The notes below the pieces were generated by a model. That model was not told where the DNA came from and did not search any database. It saw only the letters and a program-made list of their open reading frames with translations. From the NCBI GenBank assembly GCA_016861265.1, contig BOLA01000001.1, positions 852,136-916,135 of the forward strand: a stretch of 64,000 nucleotides of DNA. The letters are read 5' to 3'. Positions 1 through 9,606 of this stretch are shown one piece after another; position 1 is the first letter of the stretch; each line of letters opens with the position of its first letter. Position numbers and translations under genes: made by a program. The stretch is from Patescibacteria group bacterium (GTDB lineage: Bacteria > Patescibacteriota > Dojkabacteria > J137).

Positions 1-26
1 AGATTAAAAACTATTAAATTATAAAT

Positions 27-506
27 ATGAAAAGTAACTATAAAGATTTTAATTGTGAATATAATGTTGAAGGAATGCACTGTGCTGCTTGTGAATTATT
101 AATTGAGAAAAAATTTTCTAAAGTTGATGGTATACAAAAAGTAGATGCCCAACTCTCAAAAAGTAAGGTTTTTATAAAAACTAACAAGGAACTTAATGTT
201 AGTGATTTAAATGCGTTAATAGAACAAGATGGTTACAGGTTAGTTGAACAAATAAATACAAGAAATAGATTTAATTTGAAAAATTATTTTGTACCTTTTA
301 TTGCTGCAATAGTAATTTTTCTTGTTTTTCTTTTATTGCAGAAACTGGGAATAATAAATTTAACTAACACAAATTCGGAAATCACCTTGCCTTTTGTATT
401 TTTTATAGGAGTAATCGCTTCGTTATCTACATGCATGGCAGTAGTTGGGGTTTGGTTCTATCAATTTCATCTAGTTATACAAAACAACAGAAAACAGTTC
501 CATTAA
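27..506 (+). CDS. Heavy-metal-associated (HMA) domain protein fused to the first TM helix of a CcdA/DsbD-like membrane protein. Probably the N-terminal part of a frameshifted gene.
   Basis: It carries the GMHCAACE metal-binding motif (GMxCxxC) typical of HMA/CopZ domains. The C-terminal hydrophobic helix has a Cys (SLSTCMAVVG). The ORF stops in an A-rich run (caaaacaacagaaaacag), where the +2 frame continues as ORF 431..1051. Confidence 0.5.
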   Translation: MKSNYKDFNCEYNVEGMHCAACELLIEKKFSKVDGIQKVDAQLSKSKVFIKTNKELNVSDLNALIEQDGYRLVEQINTRNRFNLKNYFVPFIAAIVIFLVFLLLQKLGIINLTNTNSEITLPFVFFIGVIASLSTCMAVVGVWFYQFHLVIQNNRKQFH

Positions 507-1051
507 TTTCTTTTCACTTATCAAGGTTGTTCAGTTTTTTTGTTTTAGGCGGGATTATTGGAATGATAGGCAGTGCAGCAACACTAACGCCTTTGACATC
601 GTTTATATTGAATATAGTACTGTTTCTTGTAATGTTAATAATGGCATTTAATTTACTAGAAATTTTTTCGTTTACTAATAAATTTCAACTTAAAATGCCT
701 AAGACTTTTGCAAAGCGAATTATTAATATTGAAGATAAAGATAGTATTGTTATTCCTTTATTATTAGGTGCAGCAACATTTTTTCTTCCCTGCGGCTTTA
801 CACAATCAATGCAGCTTTATTCTCTGACTACAGGTAATGCTCTTTCGGGAGCAATAACAATGCTGGTATTTGCTTTGGGAACATTCCCAGTACTAGCAGC
901 AATAAGTTTTGCTTCAGCTAGATTCTCTAAAACATCCAATTCAGGTTTATTCTTTAAGACTGCGGGTTTTGTTGTAATCCTATTTGCTATATTTAATCTT
1001 GTGACATCTTTAGTTTCAATAGGTGTTCTGCCGCCAATCTTTAATATATAG
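431..1051 (+). CDS. CcdA/DsbD-like polytopic membrane protein (thiol-disulfide or metal transporter family). Likely the C-terminal continuation of 27..506 after a frameshift.
   Basis: It has several TM helices and a second conserved membrane Cys in FFLPCGFTQ, comparable to the SPC/LPC motifs of CcdA. It overlaps the upstream HMA ORF in a different frame. Confidence 0.45.
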   Translation: MHGSSWGLVLSISSSYTKQQKTVPLISFHLSRLFSFFVLGGIIGMIGSAATLTPLTSFILNIVLFLVMLIMAFNLLEIFSFTNKFQLKMPKTFAKRIINIEDKDSIVIPLLLGAATFFLPCGFTQSMQLYSLTTGNALSGAITMLVFALGTFPVLAAISFASARFSKTSNSGLFFKTAGFVVILFAIFNLVTSLVSIGVLPPIFNI

Positions 1052-1110
1052 CTAATTTATAGCCAAATCCTGGTTTTATATAATATAATTCCAGGATTAG
1101 TTAAATTGTA

Positions 1111-2289
1111 ATGCTAGATAGACAAAGAAGATCCTCTTCCGAAGTAGGTAAATTTTTTAATGAATTCAACGAGCCTTTGATTATAGAGGTGTCAGACAAA
1201 GCACTACTTCTACTCCGATTTTGGCTTACATATGCCCAAACTCAACCCCTAAAGATCGAAGATACAGATACATTATTAAAGATAATTAGACTTTGTGTAC
1301 AAGACTATACAAGTCAGCAAATAGTTCAAAAGCTGTCTGCCTACGGTATAGATGTACCAGATTCGTTCATAGATAGAATATACATAAGAATAAAAAGATT
1401 AATAATGATTATTTTAAAGGATGAGTATTCGGATTTAGATTTGGTTACCCCGGAATTTGGACTTAGAGAAGAAGAAGCAAGGGTATACGGAATTTATAAA
1501 GCTTTCTCGGAATTATCATGGCGTATAGCTGTATTAATAGGTCATAATAGGCAATTTGCAGAATTAGCCGCCTACAATCCTTTTTATACTGACTTCCTAC
1601 AATTATTTTCTTCAGGAACGAATGTAACAACTGCTCTTGAAAACGATGGATTGGAAATGAACAATTCAAAAAAACAGTCAATTTCCGAAAGCATAATATC
1701 CGCTATTGTACGTAAGAATTTTACTAAAAGTTTATATAAAGAAGTTCAAGCGTGGACTGTTTTATCGATGTTTCCTCATATTATTGAATCCGAAGACTTT
1801 GTTGCCGCAATAAAAAAATCTTTATTGCTTTATGTTGAAGGCGATTCCACAACACTTCCCAGGGTTACGGAGGTAAGGCGTTTCATGGAATTTATTGTTG
1901 TTTATTTATTCCCTTCACAAATCTCTTCAGCTGATTTCTACAGTATGACCGTAAAGCAAAGAACCTCCGCCCTAAAAACTTTTCTGGAGGATCCTATAAA
2001 ACTAAAGGAGATTGTAAACTATCTTGAAAACCTAATATGGTACTATTCAAAAACGGGGGATTTTGACTCATTTGTAAATGCAGTAAAAAGACCCGAGCTT
2101 ATGTATTCTAAAAAATATATAATGAGCACATTTTCTGCATCAATATCACTAGTTTTTTCGTGCATTCTTATTGCAACTTATACAGATTTTAATACTCTAT
2201 CAGAACAGGAGTTTATAAATTGGATCTCAAGAAATAGAAACTCAGAATGTTCATCCATTTTAAAAATAGTTGCAGGTGTGGAATCTTAG
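1111..2289 (+). CDS. hypothetical protein (C-terminal TM segment)
   Basis: An intact 392-aa ORF with host-like AT-rich codon usage. No family was recognised. Confidence 0.4.
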   Translation: MLDRQRRSSSEVGKFFNEFNEPLIIEVSDKALLLLRFWLTYAQTQPLKIEDTDTLLKIIRLCVQDYTSQQIVQKLSAYGIDVPDSFIDRIYIRIKRLIMIILKDEYSDLDLVTPEFGLREEEARVYGIYKAFSELSWRIAVLIGHNRQFAELAAYNPFYTDFLQLFSSGTNVTTALENDGLEMNNSKKQSISESIISAIVRKNFTKSLYKEVQAWTVLSMFPHIIESEDFVAAIKKSLLLYVEGDSTTLPRVTEVRRFMEFIVVYLFPSQISSADFYSMTVKQRTSALKTFLEDPIKLKEIVNYLENLIWYYSKTGDFDSFVNAVKRPELMYSKKYIMSTFSASISLVFSCILIATYTDFNTLSEQEFINWISRNRNSECSSILKIVAGVES

Positions 2290-2317
2290 TCTATAATTAA
2301 ATGAATTAATAATTCCT

Positions 2318-3148
2318 ATGAAAGAATTCTGGTTAAAACTAAATTTAAGAACAAAAGTAATATTTATATTCTTTATTTTTGTAATCTTCCTTTCCTTTGT
2401 GGGGTTTGCAAATTATAAGCCTACCGAACCTACTAATACTACAGACAATTCCGAGTTTATAGATAAGATCACAAATTTAAATCCAATATTGTCTTATCCT
2501 GTTTCGTATACTAACGAATGGACGGGAAGAATTACATTAGTTCCTGTAAGGGCCCGTGAGCTTGAATATACAGCATCGAGCACTACTCAATGTACAGGAA
2601 TTATAGGAAATATGGATGTTTATTACACCCCAACTCTTGATTCCATAATGATTATAACTAATAAAAACCTCCAGAAAACCGAAACTGATTTACTCAAATT
2701 TAATACAGCTAAAGATATTATTATAGGCATAAAGGATTTTGAATCAAGTAATGCAGAACTAAACACATTTCAAACCTATTGCTCGTATTTTACTCTTTAT
2801 AAAATAGATGAATTAAATAACACTTATGTTGGAACCGATTCCTCGCGGTCAATCTTGGGTCTTGGCTTAAGAAAGGAAGACTATGTTGATAATATTTCAA
2901 ACGTAGGATTGTACATTTACGTATACGGCGTTAAAGATGATAACCTGATTCAACTCAGCAGAAGTTTACAGGGTAGCTTTATATTCTCCCAATCTAACTG
3001 GGAACTTTGTCGAACAAAAGCATTGCAAAAAGATCAAAATGAATGTTTAAGTAATTTATATGAATCGGATTTATCTATGAGAAGTAAAATTGAAAGTGAG
3101 GCGTTAAATTTAATCTCCGAATTTAAACTTATAGATGAAGCAGAATAA
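2318..3148 (+). CDS. hypothetical secreted or membrane-anchored protein
   Basis: It has an N-terminal signal-anchor (KVIFIFFIFVIFLSFVGF). No family was recognised. Confidence 0.4.
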   Translation: MKEFWLKLNLRTKVIFIFFIFVIFLSFVGFANYKPTEPTNTTDNSEFIDKITNLNPILSYPVSYTNEWTGRITLVPVRARELEYTASSTTQCTGIIGNMDVYYTPTLDSIMIITNKNLQKTETDLLKFNTAKDIIIGIKDFESSNAELNTFQTYCSYFTLYKIDELNNTYVGTDSSRSILGLGLRKEDYVDNISNVGLYIYVYGVKDDNLIQLSRSLQGSFIFSQSNWELCRTKALQKDQNECLSNLYESDLSMRSKIESEALNLISEFKLIDEAE

Positions 3149-3293
3149 TAAATTAACAATTGCTATTTTAATCCCGATATTTCTTCTAATCCTATTTTTG
3201 TGCGGATGTTGTATTCTAACGATTGTTTTATACAATCATTGATTTCTACTTAGTTAAAGTATAGACTTTTTATATATTTCATTAATTTTTTAT

Positions 3294-4034
3294 ATGAAAA
3301 AATTTCTAGTGGTGGCTACTTCCCTGGTAATGATTATTACCAATATTCTCGCGAATGCGGTTCCCTTTAATAATCAGACAACAAAACAAATCTCTGATTC
3401 CTTTAAAGTATTTTTTGTTCCTGCAGGCTATGTTTTTGCAATCTGGGGTGTAATTTATTTGGGAATAATATTATTCAATATACTATTACTAACTAAGAAG
3501 GATGATAGTAAAAAGTTAAACAAAGTATTATGGGCTGTTGTAATATCGAATTTGGCTAATACAGCTTGGATTTTCTTATGGCACTACAATTATGTTGTTT
3601 TAAGTGTGGTCGTTATGCTTGTTCTGCTTGCAAGTCTAATATATATATATTTAAATCTTAATGTAAGAAAAGATTTGAATAAAAATGAATATTTATTTGC
3701 AAAAATTCCCTTTGGAATTTATCTTGGTTGGATTACTGTCGCCACAGTTGCGAACATAACAGTAGCACTTTATTCGTTAAATTGGGATGGCTTTGGAATT
3801 GATGGTCCTACATGGGCTACCTTACTTGTAGTAGTCTCGGCATTGCTAGGCATAATAATGTTGTTAAGGCACAGAGATGTAGCTTACTCGCTTGTTATTA
3901 TATGGGCTCTTATGGGAATTGCGGTTAATTTTTCTGGACTCAGCTTATTAAATACGGTAAGCCTAGGAAGTTGTTTGGTACTTTCCTTTGTTGTTGTATA
4001 TACTGTTTATAAGAAGTTTTTAAAGAAGGCCTAA
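3294..4034 (+). CDS. TspO/MBR-like tryptophan-rich membrane protein (tentative)
   Basis: The N-terminal segment LANAVPF..FFVPAGYVFAIWGVIYL resembles the TspO signature (ANALP...TPAGWAFSIWGVIY). It has multiple TM helices and Trp-rich helices (AWIFLWHYNY). Confidence 0.45.
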   Translation: MKKFLVVATSLVMIITNILANAVPFNNQTTKQISDSFKVFFVPAGYVFAIWGVIYLGIILFNILLLTKKDDSKKLNKVLWAVVISNLANTAWIFLWHYNYVVLSVVVMLVLLASLIYIYLNLNVRKDLNKNEYLFAKIPFGIYLGWITVATVANITVALYSLNWDGFGIDGPTWATLLVVVSALLGIIMLLRHRDVAYSLVIIWALMGIAVNFSGLSLLNTVSLGSCLVLSFVVVYTVYKKFLKKA

Positions 4035-4747
4035 TGTCTAGAAAATTTATTGCATTTCTAATTACAGTTTTTATTATTGTGGTACTTTCGTTGGTTGGTG
4101 TAGGTATTACATATATTCTTAGAGTTACTAACATTGACAGTAGTGTCAGAAATTTTCTAGAACGAAGAGATGTAGTTTCCTACACCACGGTTACTACTGT
4201 GGTGTCTTCTCCAGTATCTGATTTGGATAAAATTCCAGATAAAATAACAGTTCTAGATGCCACAACATCAAAACTAACATCGGAAGTATTAAAATTAACA
4301 TTTAATTACCAGTCCCTTGTAGGAAACTTTTCAGTACTTACAAATAAAAAGGGTAACAGAATATCAATTAAATCGGCAGAACAGGCTGAGGCTGATTCTC
4401 AGTATGTAGAATTATATTCTAAAAAAACAGATGAAAGCTTTGAGCAGGCCATAAATAGAATATTTTTAGATGGCGTGCCGGAAACTTTCTGCTACTTTAA
4501 ACCAGAAGCATTAAGTTATAAATTCGACAATAAAAACTATATCTTTGCTAGTATTATTGCTGGTACAGGCGTCAATCCGGAACAATGCCCTACTCCTTAC
4601 ACACGTAATCCCAATTCTGGCACCAGATTCTTTTTCTACGACCCTGCATTCCCTGATAGATTAGGATTTATTTATGTAGGAAATACATTTATTCCGGGGT
4701 CCACGGCATCTTCAAATTGGTTTGAGTCACTTCAATTTATTCAATAG
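4034..4747 (+). CDS. hypothetical membrane-anchored protein
   Basis: It has an N-terminal TM anchor. The start overlaps the stop of the upstream gene (translational coupling). Confidence 0.4.
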   Translation: MSRKFIAFLITVFIIVVLSLVGVGITYILRVTNIDSSVRNFLERRDVVSYTTVTTVVSSPVSDLDKIPDKITVLDATTSKLTSEVLKLTFNYQSLVGNFSVLTNKKGNRISIKSAEQAEADSQYVELYSKKTDESFEQAINRIFLDGVPETFCYFKPEALSYKFDNKNYIFASIIAGTGVNPEQCPTPYTRNPNSGTRFFFYDPAFPDRLGFIYVGNTFIPGSTASSNWFESLQFIQ

Positions 4748-4806
4748 CTTTTCAAACGATAGGTTGTATATTATAATTATACACCGCTCGTTTATGGAGG
4801 TGTTGA

Positions 4807-5103
4807 ATGGAATCTGATGTAGTTTTACGAATGTCCGTTCAGATATGGCAATTAATCCAATTATTAGGATTTGGCTGTCTAATTCTGAGCTGGCTGCTAT
4901 TTGCTTATGGGCTTGCCCAAAAGTTGAACGGAAGTAAACGAAAATGGATTAGGACACTATTAGTGTCACTTATGTTCCTTGTGATCTTTGGTATTTCAGT
5001 TTTTATCACAATAACTACGGAGTTGTTTGATGAAAGAACCCAAAGAATGTTCGATGAGAACATAACAATCCCCTTAATTACTGAAGAAAATCAGGGGCAT
5101 TGA
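4807..5103 (+). CDS. small membrane protein (2 TM)
   Basis: A 98-aa ORF with two hydrophobic helices. GGAGG lies upstream (ttatggaggtgttgaATG). Confidence 0.4.
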   Translation: MESDVVLRMSVQIWQLIQLLGFGCLILSWLLFAYGLAQKLNGSKRKWIRTLLVSLMFLVIFGISVFITITTELFDERTQRMFDENITIPLITEENQGH

Positions 5104-5120
5104 CAGTAAAAGAGCGTATA

Positions 5121-5145
5121 AAGGGCAACAAATAATGTTGCCCTT
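5121..5145 (+). terminator. rho-independent terminator hairpin
   Basis: AAGGGCAACA-aataa-TGTTGCCCTT stem-loop after the 4807..5103 stop, followed by a T-rich tract. Confidence 0.5.
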
Positions 5146-5259
5146 CGCATTTCTTATGTACTGCCATATTCCGTTGACAATCACAAACGGCCTATGGCCC
5201 TTCTAGGGATAGATTTTAGAGACCTATATTGTAATGTTATTGTAAATTTACCATCTGTA

Positions 5260-5289
5260 TTGACAATTACATATAAATAAGGGTATAAT
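5260..5289 (+). promoter_or_regulatory. near-consensus sigma70 promoter driving the GC-rich ORF 5322..5663
   Basis: TTGACA-18nt-TATAAT, followed by SD GGAGG at about 5313 and the ATG at 5322. Confidence 0.55.
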
Positions 5290-5321
5290 ATATTTGTTCA
5301 TAAAAAATTTGCGGAGGATGT

Positions 5322-5663
5322 ATGGCACAGCAAGTACGCCACTATCGCTCGTCCACCCATCAGTTGGACTTTTCTCGCCTTGACCCGCGTAAGCGGACTT
5401 GGTTGGATAAGGCTCTTGATTGGGCTGGTATCGTATGGACAGTGGTAAGGCTTGCCGCTACTGCTGTCCTCTCAATTGTCTTCTTCGGGTATGTAGGCAC
5501 TGTAGGAATGAACTTCTTCGGTGTCAGCACCTATGCTCAGATGCCTCACAGCATCTATACCACGTGGTTGCTCATGTCCGGGGTTGGCACTTTCCTGATC
5601 GGTGTAGTATTTTTCTGGGGTGAGATTTTCCCTCAGAAGTCGAAAACTCGCCGCTCACGGTAG
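5322..5663 (+). CDS. small 2-TM membrane protein encoded by GC-rich island A
   Basis: A 113-aa ORF. Its GC content (about 52%) and codon usage differ strongly from the flanking genes (about 33-38%). It has its own consensus promoter and SD and a downstream terminator. Two hydrophobic helices are present. Confidence 0.5.
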   Translation: MAQQVRHYRSSTHQLDFSRLDPRKRTWLDKALDWAGIVWTVVRLAATAVLSIVFFGYVGTVGMNFFGVSTYAQMPHSIYTTWLLMSGVGTFLIGVVFFWGEIFPQKSKTRRSR

Positions 5664-5680
5664 TTCGTGAACACGCTCAG

Positions 5681-5712
5681 GAGCGTCACTTGTCTCAGAC
5701 AAGCTGACGCTC
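5681..5712 (+). terminator. rho-independent terminator of the island A gene
   Basis: GAGCGTCAcTTGTCT-cag-AGACAAgcTGACGCTC hairpin followed by taaccttttttag. Confidence 0.55.
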
Positions 5713-5810
5713 TAACCTTTTTTAGAGGCTAGACTTTCAATTTACACTAAATTTATAATCCCAGTCAAGGTATACTTTAGATATTGTTACTGTTATATTG
5801 TTTTACTATA

Positions 5811-5840
5811 AAAAAAGGAGCTTTCGCTCCCTTTTTTTAT
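5811..5840. terminator. bidirectional terminator hairpin
   Basis: aaaaaaGGAGCtttcGCTCCcttttttt, with A-run and T-run flanks, downstream of hsp20 (minus). Confidence 0.55.
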
Positions 5841-5854
5841 TCTTTTGAAATGTT

Positions 5855-6292
5855 TTATTTTTTAGAAGTCTTTATAGCAATCGTCTTTGGCTTAACTTCT
5901 TCCATTTTAGGTAATGTTACTGTAATTACACCATTCTCAAAGCTTGCTTCTGCCTTTTCTGCATCTACTCTGGTAGGCAAAGATATAGATCTAATAAAGC
6001 TCTCACTTCTGATTTCCTTTAGGTGATACTTCTTGCCGCCCTCTTTTTGTTCATTTTCCTCCTGAATTTTGCCTTCTATTGTTAAAACGTTATCCTCTGT
6101 TGTTATAGTTACATCTTCCTCTTTGTAACCGGGGGCCTTAGCCTTAATTACAACTTCCGATTCCGTTTCGTACATATCTACATCTAACTGGGTAGCCATC
6201 ATTGTGCTTAGTCCTGTAGTATTAAAAAATTCATCTAAAAAAGTATCGAAAATTTGTGATGGTCTTACAACTGTTATTCTTCTATCGTTCAT
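5855..6292 (-). CDS. hsp20: small heat shock protein, Hsp20/alpha-crystallin family
   Basis: It has an alpha-crystallin-domain-like core (VDMYETESEVVIKAKAPGYKEEDVTI...ENGVITVTLPK) and is 145 aa. Confidence 0.8.
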   Translation of the reverse strand: MNDRRITVVRPSQIFDTFLDEFFNTTGLSTMMATQLDVDMYETESEVVIKAKAPGYKEEDVTITTEDNVLTIEGKIQEENEQKEGGKKYHLKEIRSESFIRSISLPTRVDAEKAEASFENGVITVTLPKMEEVKPKTIAIKTSKK

Positions 6293-6375
6293 AATTTGAA
6301 TTTAACAAATAATTTAGCAGTCAACTTGTCCTGCTGCTAAATTATATATTACAAAAAAAAATATTGTCAAGAATT

Positions 6376-6696
6376 CTAACCTAGGGTCTGTAGAATAAGG
6401 TTTATACACTTATCTATTCTATCGATATCTTCACTATTAGTTAATCTAGAGTTAAATTCCTTAGAGCGTATGAATTTAATCTCAAATTTAACACTTTTTA
6501 GTATGGATTTAGGGATTAAGTTGTCTAGAATCGCAAGTTCAAGCAAGAATGCTAATTGAGTAAACCAACCTTTTCTAACCTTCCAACCTTTACTCCCCGC
6601 TTTTGCAGAAGTACTATGAACAAGCTCAGTAGGAATTTCGTTTGTAAACGAATCTCTATAAAAAATTAATCTTTGTTTGAATTTATCTGTAGTCAT
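6376..6696 (-). CDS. hypothetical protein
   Basis: A 106-aa ORF with no recognisable family. Confidence 0.3.
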   Translation of the reverse strand: MTTDKFKQRLIFYRDSFTNEIPTELVHSTSAKAGSKGWKVRKGWFTQLAFLLELAILDNLIPKSILKSVKFEIKFIRSKEFNSRLTNSEDIDRIDKCINLILQTLG

Positions 6697-6760
6697 ACAA
6701 ATAGTATTATTTACTGGTATTTTAGCATTGTTTACATATATTATAGGTTATAATTACAGA

Positions 6761-7879
6761 ATGTCTAAAAGCCAAATTATAGAAATAAAACATGGGAATT
6801 TAACACTGCCTGCATTCATGCCGGATGCTACATATGGCTCTGTTAAAGCAGTCAGTTTTGATGATGTAGCAAAGACGGGAACGGAGGCAATTGTTACCAC
6901 TACTCTACATATAGAACAAAAAATCGGCAGTTTGTATATAAAGGAGTTTGGGGGTTTGCACAAATTCTTTGGCTGGAATAGGCCAATTCTTACAGATAGT
7001 GGGGGATGGCAAGTATTTAGTCTTATACAAAGTAAAAGAGATAAGGGTAAAAACAAAATAACAGATTTGGGTTGCTCTTTTGTTGATCCCAATACGGGAG
7101 AGCATGCTTTACTTACTCCTGAATCATCTCAGGTTATTCAGAATAATCTAGGGGCAGACATAGTAACAGTTTTAGATAATCCTATACTTGGAGATGCAAG
7201 CTATGCAGAAAGAAAGGACTGTGTAAGAATAAATACTCTATGGGCTAAAAGAAGTAAGAAAGAATTTGAAAGATTAAACAAAGATGTTGACTGCAAGTCT
7301 TTGATAGGAGCGGTAATTCAAGGCGGTAATGATACCGAATTAAGAAAGATAAGCGCGGAACAACTACTGGAGATTGATTTTGATATATATAATTTTGGTG
7401 GAATGCCTTTACACACTCAAGTGACTTGGCTCACTGAATCGAAAAAGGGTTTCTATCATGAAATGCTTGAGTATGTGTCTAGCTTAATTCCGAATAGCAA
7501 ATATAAATATGCAATGGGTGTAGGACAACCCGACGACATTGCTTTTTGTGTGGATGTTGGCTGGGATTTATTCGATACCGTTTTGCCCACAAGAAATGCA
7601 AGACATGGTTTGCTCTACGTCAGTGAAGGGCAAGGTGAAACTACAAAATCATATAAGAATCTAAGTTACGACACATTGCACTTAAAAACCGAAAGATATA
7701 AATTTGATGACAAGCCACTAGATGAAAACTGCTCCTGTGAAGCTTGCAGGACCGTAAGCAGGGCATATTTAAGACACTTGGTAAGATTGGGTGAAGCAAG
7801 TGGATTGCGATTGGCAACAATTCATAATCTGCAGTTCTATGCTGATTGGATGAATAAAATTAGAACCAATAAAAAATAA
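6761..7879 (+). CDS. tgt: queuine tRNA-ribosyltransferase (tRNA-guanine transglycosylase)
   Basis: It carries the LTLPAFMPDATYGSVK motif (Tgt TPxFMPVGT) and a C-terminal zinc site CSCEACR..H. The ORF track starts at 6677, but the ATG at 6761 (MSKSQIIEIKHG) fits the Tgt N-terminus and avoids overlap with the minus-strand ORF. Confidence 0.8.
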   Translation: MSKSQIIEIKHGNLTLPAFMPDATYGSVKAVSFDDVAKTGTEAIVTTTLHIEQKIGSLYIKEFGGLHKFFGWNRPILTDSGGWQVFSLIQSKRDKGKNKITDLGCSFVDPNTGEHALLTPESSQVIQNNLGADIVTVLDNPILGDASYAERKDCVRINTLWAKRSKKEFERLNKDVDCKSLIGAVIQGGNDTELRKISAEQLLEIDFDIYNFGGMPLHTQVTWLTESKKGFYHEMLEYVSSLIPNSKYKYAMGVGQPDDIAFCVDVGWDLFDTVLPTRNARHGLLYVSEGQGETTKSYKNLSYDTLHLKTERYKFDDKPLDENCSCEACRTVSRAYLRHLVRLGEASGLRLATIHNLQFYADWMNKIRTNKK

Positions 7880-7991
7880 ATTCGTAGATTACAGCCACGC
7901 AATTGCAATAATATACACATGTTTGATTTCCAACTCTTAACTTATTAATATATACTGTAATAGTTTAGTTTATGTATTAAAAGTTAAGAAC

Positions 7992-9545
7992 ATGCCCATT
8001 TCTCCAAAAAGACCAAGACCAGTTGTATTAGTATCAATGGATGGTGTTGGAGTCGCTCCTCCAGGACCTGGAAATGCAATTACCTTAGCTAATACCCAAA
8101 ATTTAGATAAATATTGGCCAATGTATCCTCATACCTATTTAGAGGCTGCAGGTTTAAATGTTGGCCTACCTTCCGGTACAGATGGAAACAGCGAGGTAGG
8201 ACACATGACTATGGGAGCAGGAAAAGTAATTTTTCAGAACTTACCTAGAATTGATAATGCAATCAGAACTGGATCATTCTTTCAGAACCCTGCAATTAAA
8301 CAGGCATTTGACTTTGCTAAAAAACATAACGGGAACGTACATTTGCTAGGATTAGTAGGCAGTGGTTTTGTACACGCATCTATGGATCACCTAGAGGCAA
8401 TTATTAAATTTGCTGCATTAGAAAAAATAGATTCCAATAGATTATTTGTTCATGCAATTACAGATGGAAGAGATTCACCTCCAAAGTCGGCTATTGAAAT
8501 TCTTGAAAAAATTGAGACGTGGTTAATACAAAGAAGAGTTGGAAAGCTAGCTTCCATTATTGGTAGAGCCTATGCTATGGATAGAAACAGGAATTGGACA
8601 AGAACTAAAATGGCTTACGATTTGTATACAATTGGGGGAACTAAGACTAAAGATTGGCATAAGGCTATAGAAGAATCTTACAAAAAAAATATTCTAGATG
8701 AATATTTTGAACCGATGAGCATAGTTAAAGGTAATGAGGATCCTGTTGTTATAAAGGAAAATGATGCAGTAATATTCTTTAACTTTAGACCAGACAGAGC
8801 ATACCAAATTGATTTAGCATTCGAAGCGGAGGAATTTAAGGAATGGGACAGAAATAAAATTAATAATCTATATTGGGTAGGTATGACTGATTACGAAAAC
8901 GGCTATCCTAAGATTAAAGCATTCCCTCCTGAAAAGGTAACAGTTCCATTGGGTAAAGTTCTATCCAGCAATGGATTAAAACAGTTGAGAATTGCGGAAT
9001 CCGAGAAATTTCCTCATGTGACTTATTTTTTTAATGGTCAGAATAAGGAAATTTCAGCTGGTGAAACCTGGATTGAAGTACCTTCACCAAAAGATGTTGC
9101 AACTTACGACCTAAAACCCGAAATGAGTCAGAAATGGGTTACAGATGTTTTAGTAGATAAAATTAAATCTGAACAATACGATTTTATAATGGTTAACTAC
9201 GCTGGACCTGACATGGTTGGTCACACTGGAGTAATAGATGCTGCGGTCAAGGCAATGGATGTATGCGATCAATGTTTAGGTAGACTTGTTGATGCAGTGT
9301 TACAACAAGACGGCGCAGTCGTAATTGCTGCCGATCACGGAAATGCTGAGGAAATGATTGATACTCAAACAGGGGCACCTGATACAAAACATTCAACTAA
9401 CCAGATTCCATTCTTGGTTATTGCTAACAATTTACCAGGAAGAGAATTGCCTGTTGGTGGTTTGGCAGATATTGCACCAACAATATTAAGCCTAATGGGT
9501 TTAGAAATACCTCCAGAAATGACAGGAAGAAATTTATTGGGTTAA
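7992..9545 (+). CDS. gpmI: 2,3-bisphosphoglycerate-independent phosphoglycerate mutase
   Basis: N-terminal VVLVSMDGVGVAP, the GNSEVGHMTMGAGKV catalytic Ser/His region, a C-terminal metal-binding region (ADHGNAE), and 517 aa. Confidence 0.85.
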   Translation: MPISPKRPRPVVLVSMDGVGVAPPGPGNAITLANTQNLDKYWPMYPHTYLEAAGLNVGLPSGTDGNSEVGHMTMGAGKVIFQNLPRIDNAIRTGSFFQNPAIKQAFDFAKKHNGNVHLLGLVGSGFVHASMDHLEAIIKFAALEKIDSNRLFVHAITDGRDSPPKSAIEILEKIETWLIQRRVGKLASIIGRAYAMDRNRNWTRTKMAYDLYTIGGTKTKDWHKAIEESYKKNILDEYFEPMSIVKGNEDPVVIKENDAVIFFNFRPDRAYQIDLAFEAEEFKEWDRNKINNLYWVGMTDYENGYPKIKAFPPEKVTVPLGKVLSSNGLKQLRIAESEKFPHVTYFFNGQNKEISAGETWIEVPSPKDVATYDLKPEMSQKWVTDVLVDKIKSEQYDFIMVNYAGPDMVGHTGVIDAAVKAMDVCDQCLGRLVDAVLQQDGAVVIAADHGNAEEMIDTQTGAPDTKHSTNQIPFLVIANNLPGRELPVGGLADIAPTILSLMGLEIPPEMTGRNLLG

Positions 9546-9558
9546 ATTTGCATCTAGA

Positions 9559-9585
9559 AGTAGGGCGAGCTTTGCTCGCCCTACT
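9559..9585. terminator. bidirectional GC-rich terminator between convergent gpmI and pyrG
   Basis: AGTAGGGCGAGC-ttt-GCTCGCCCTACT perfect 12-bp stem followed by tttactatt. Confidence 0.6.
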
Positions 9586-9606
9586 TTACTATTACTTTTT
9601 CATTCC

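Noticed and set aside
1463-1681. 72-aa antisense ORF inside the 1111..2289 gene. Similar antisense or out-of-frame ORFs occur at 3940..4134, 6754..7092, 6905..7105, 9999..10289, 12381..12602, 15386..15613, 15665..15853, 18278..18757, 18992..19189, 19426..19750, 20644..20835, 21942..22142, 25136..25575, 28027..28269, 28936..29136, 29956..30336, 31165..32021, 32359..32601, 33890..35444, 36355..36682, 37576..37977, 40735..40953, 42754..43053, 45189..45512, 46288..46545, 48754..48942, 49790..50032, 51724..51990, 57452..57818, 58629..58814, 59438..59623, 60819..61049, 61917..62099 and 62635..62874.
   Set aside because: They lie fully within, and antisense or out of frame to, longer ORFs with clear homology or better coding character. 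AT-rich sequence yields many such shadow ORFs. No start or SD context was seen.
5420-5623. Cys-rich 67-aa ORF inside GC-rich island A
   Set aside because: It is out of frame within the 113-aa ORF, which has the promoter, SD and ATG context. It is likely a high-GC frame artefact, though a Cys-rich overlapping peptide cannot be strictly excluded.
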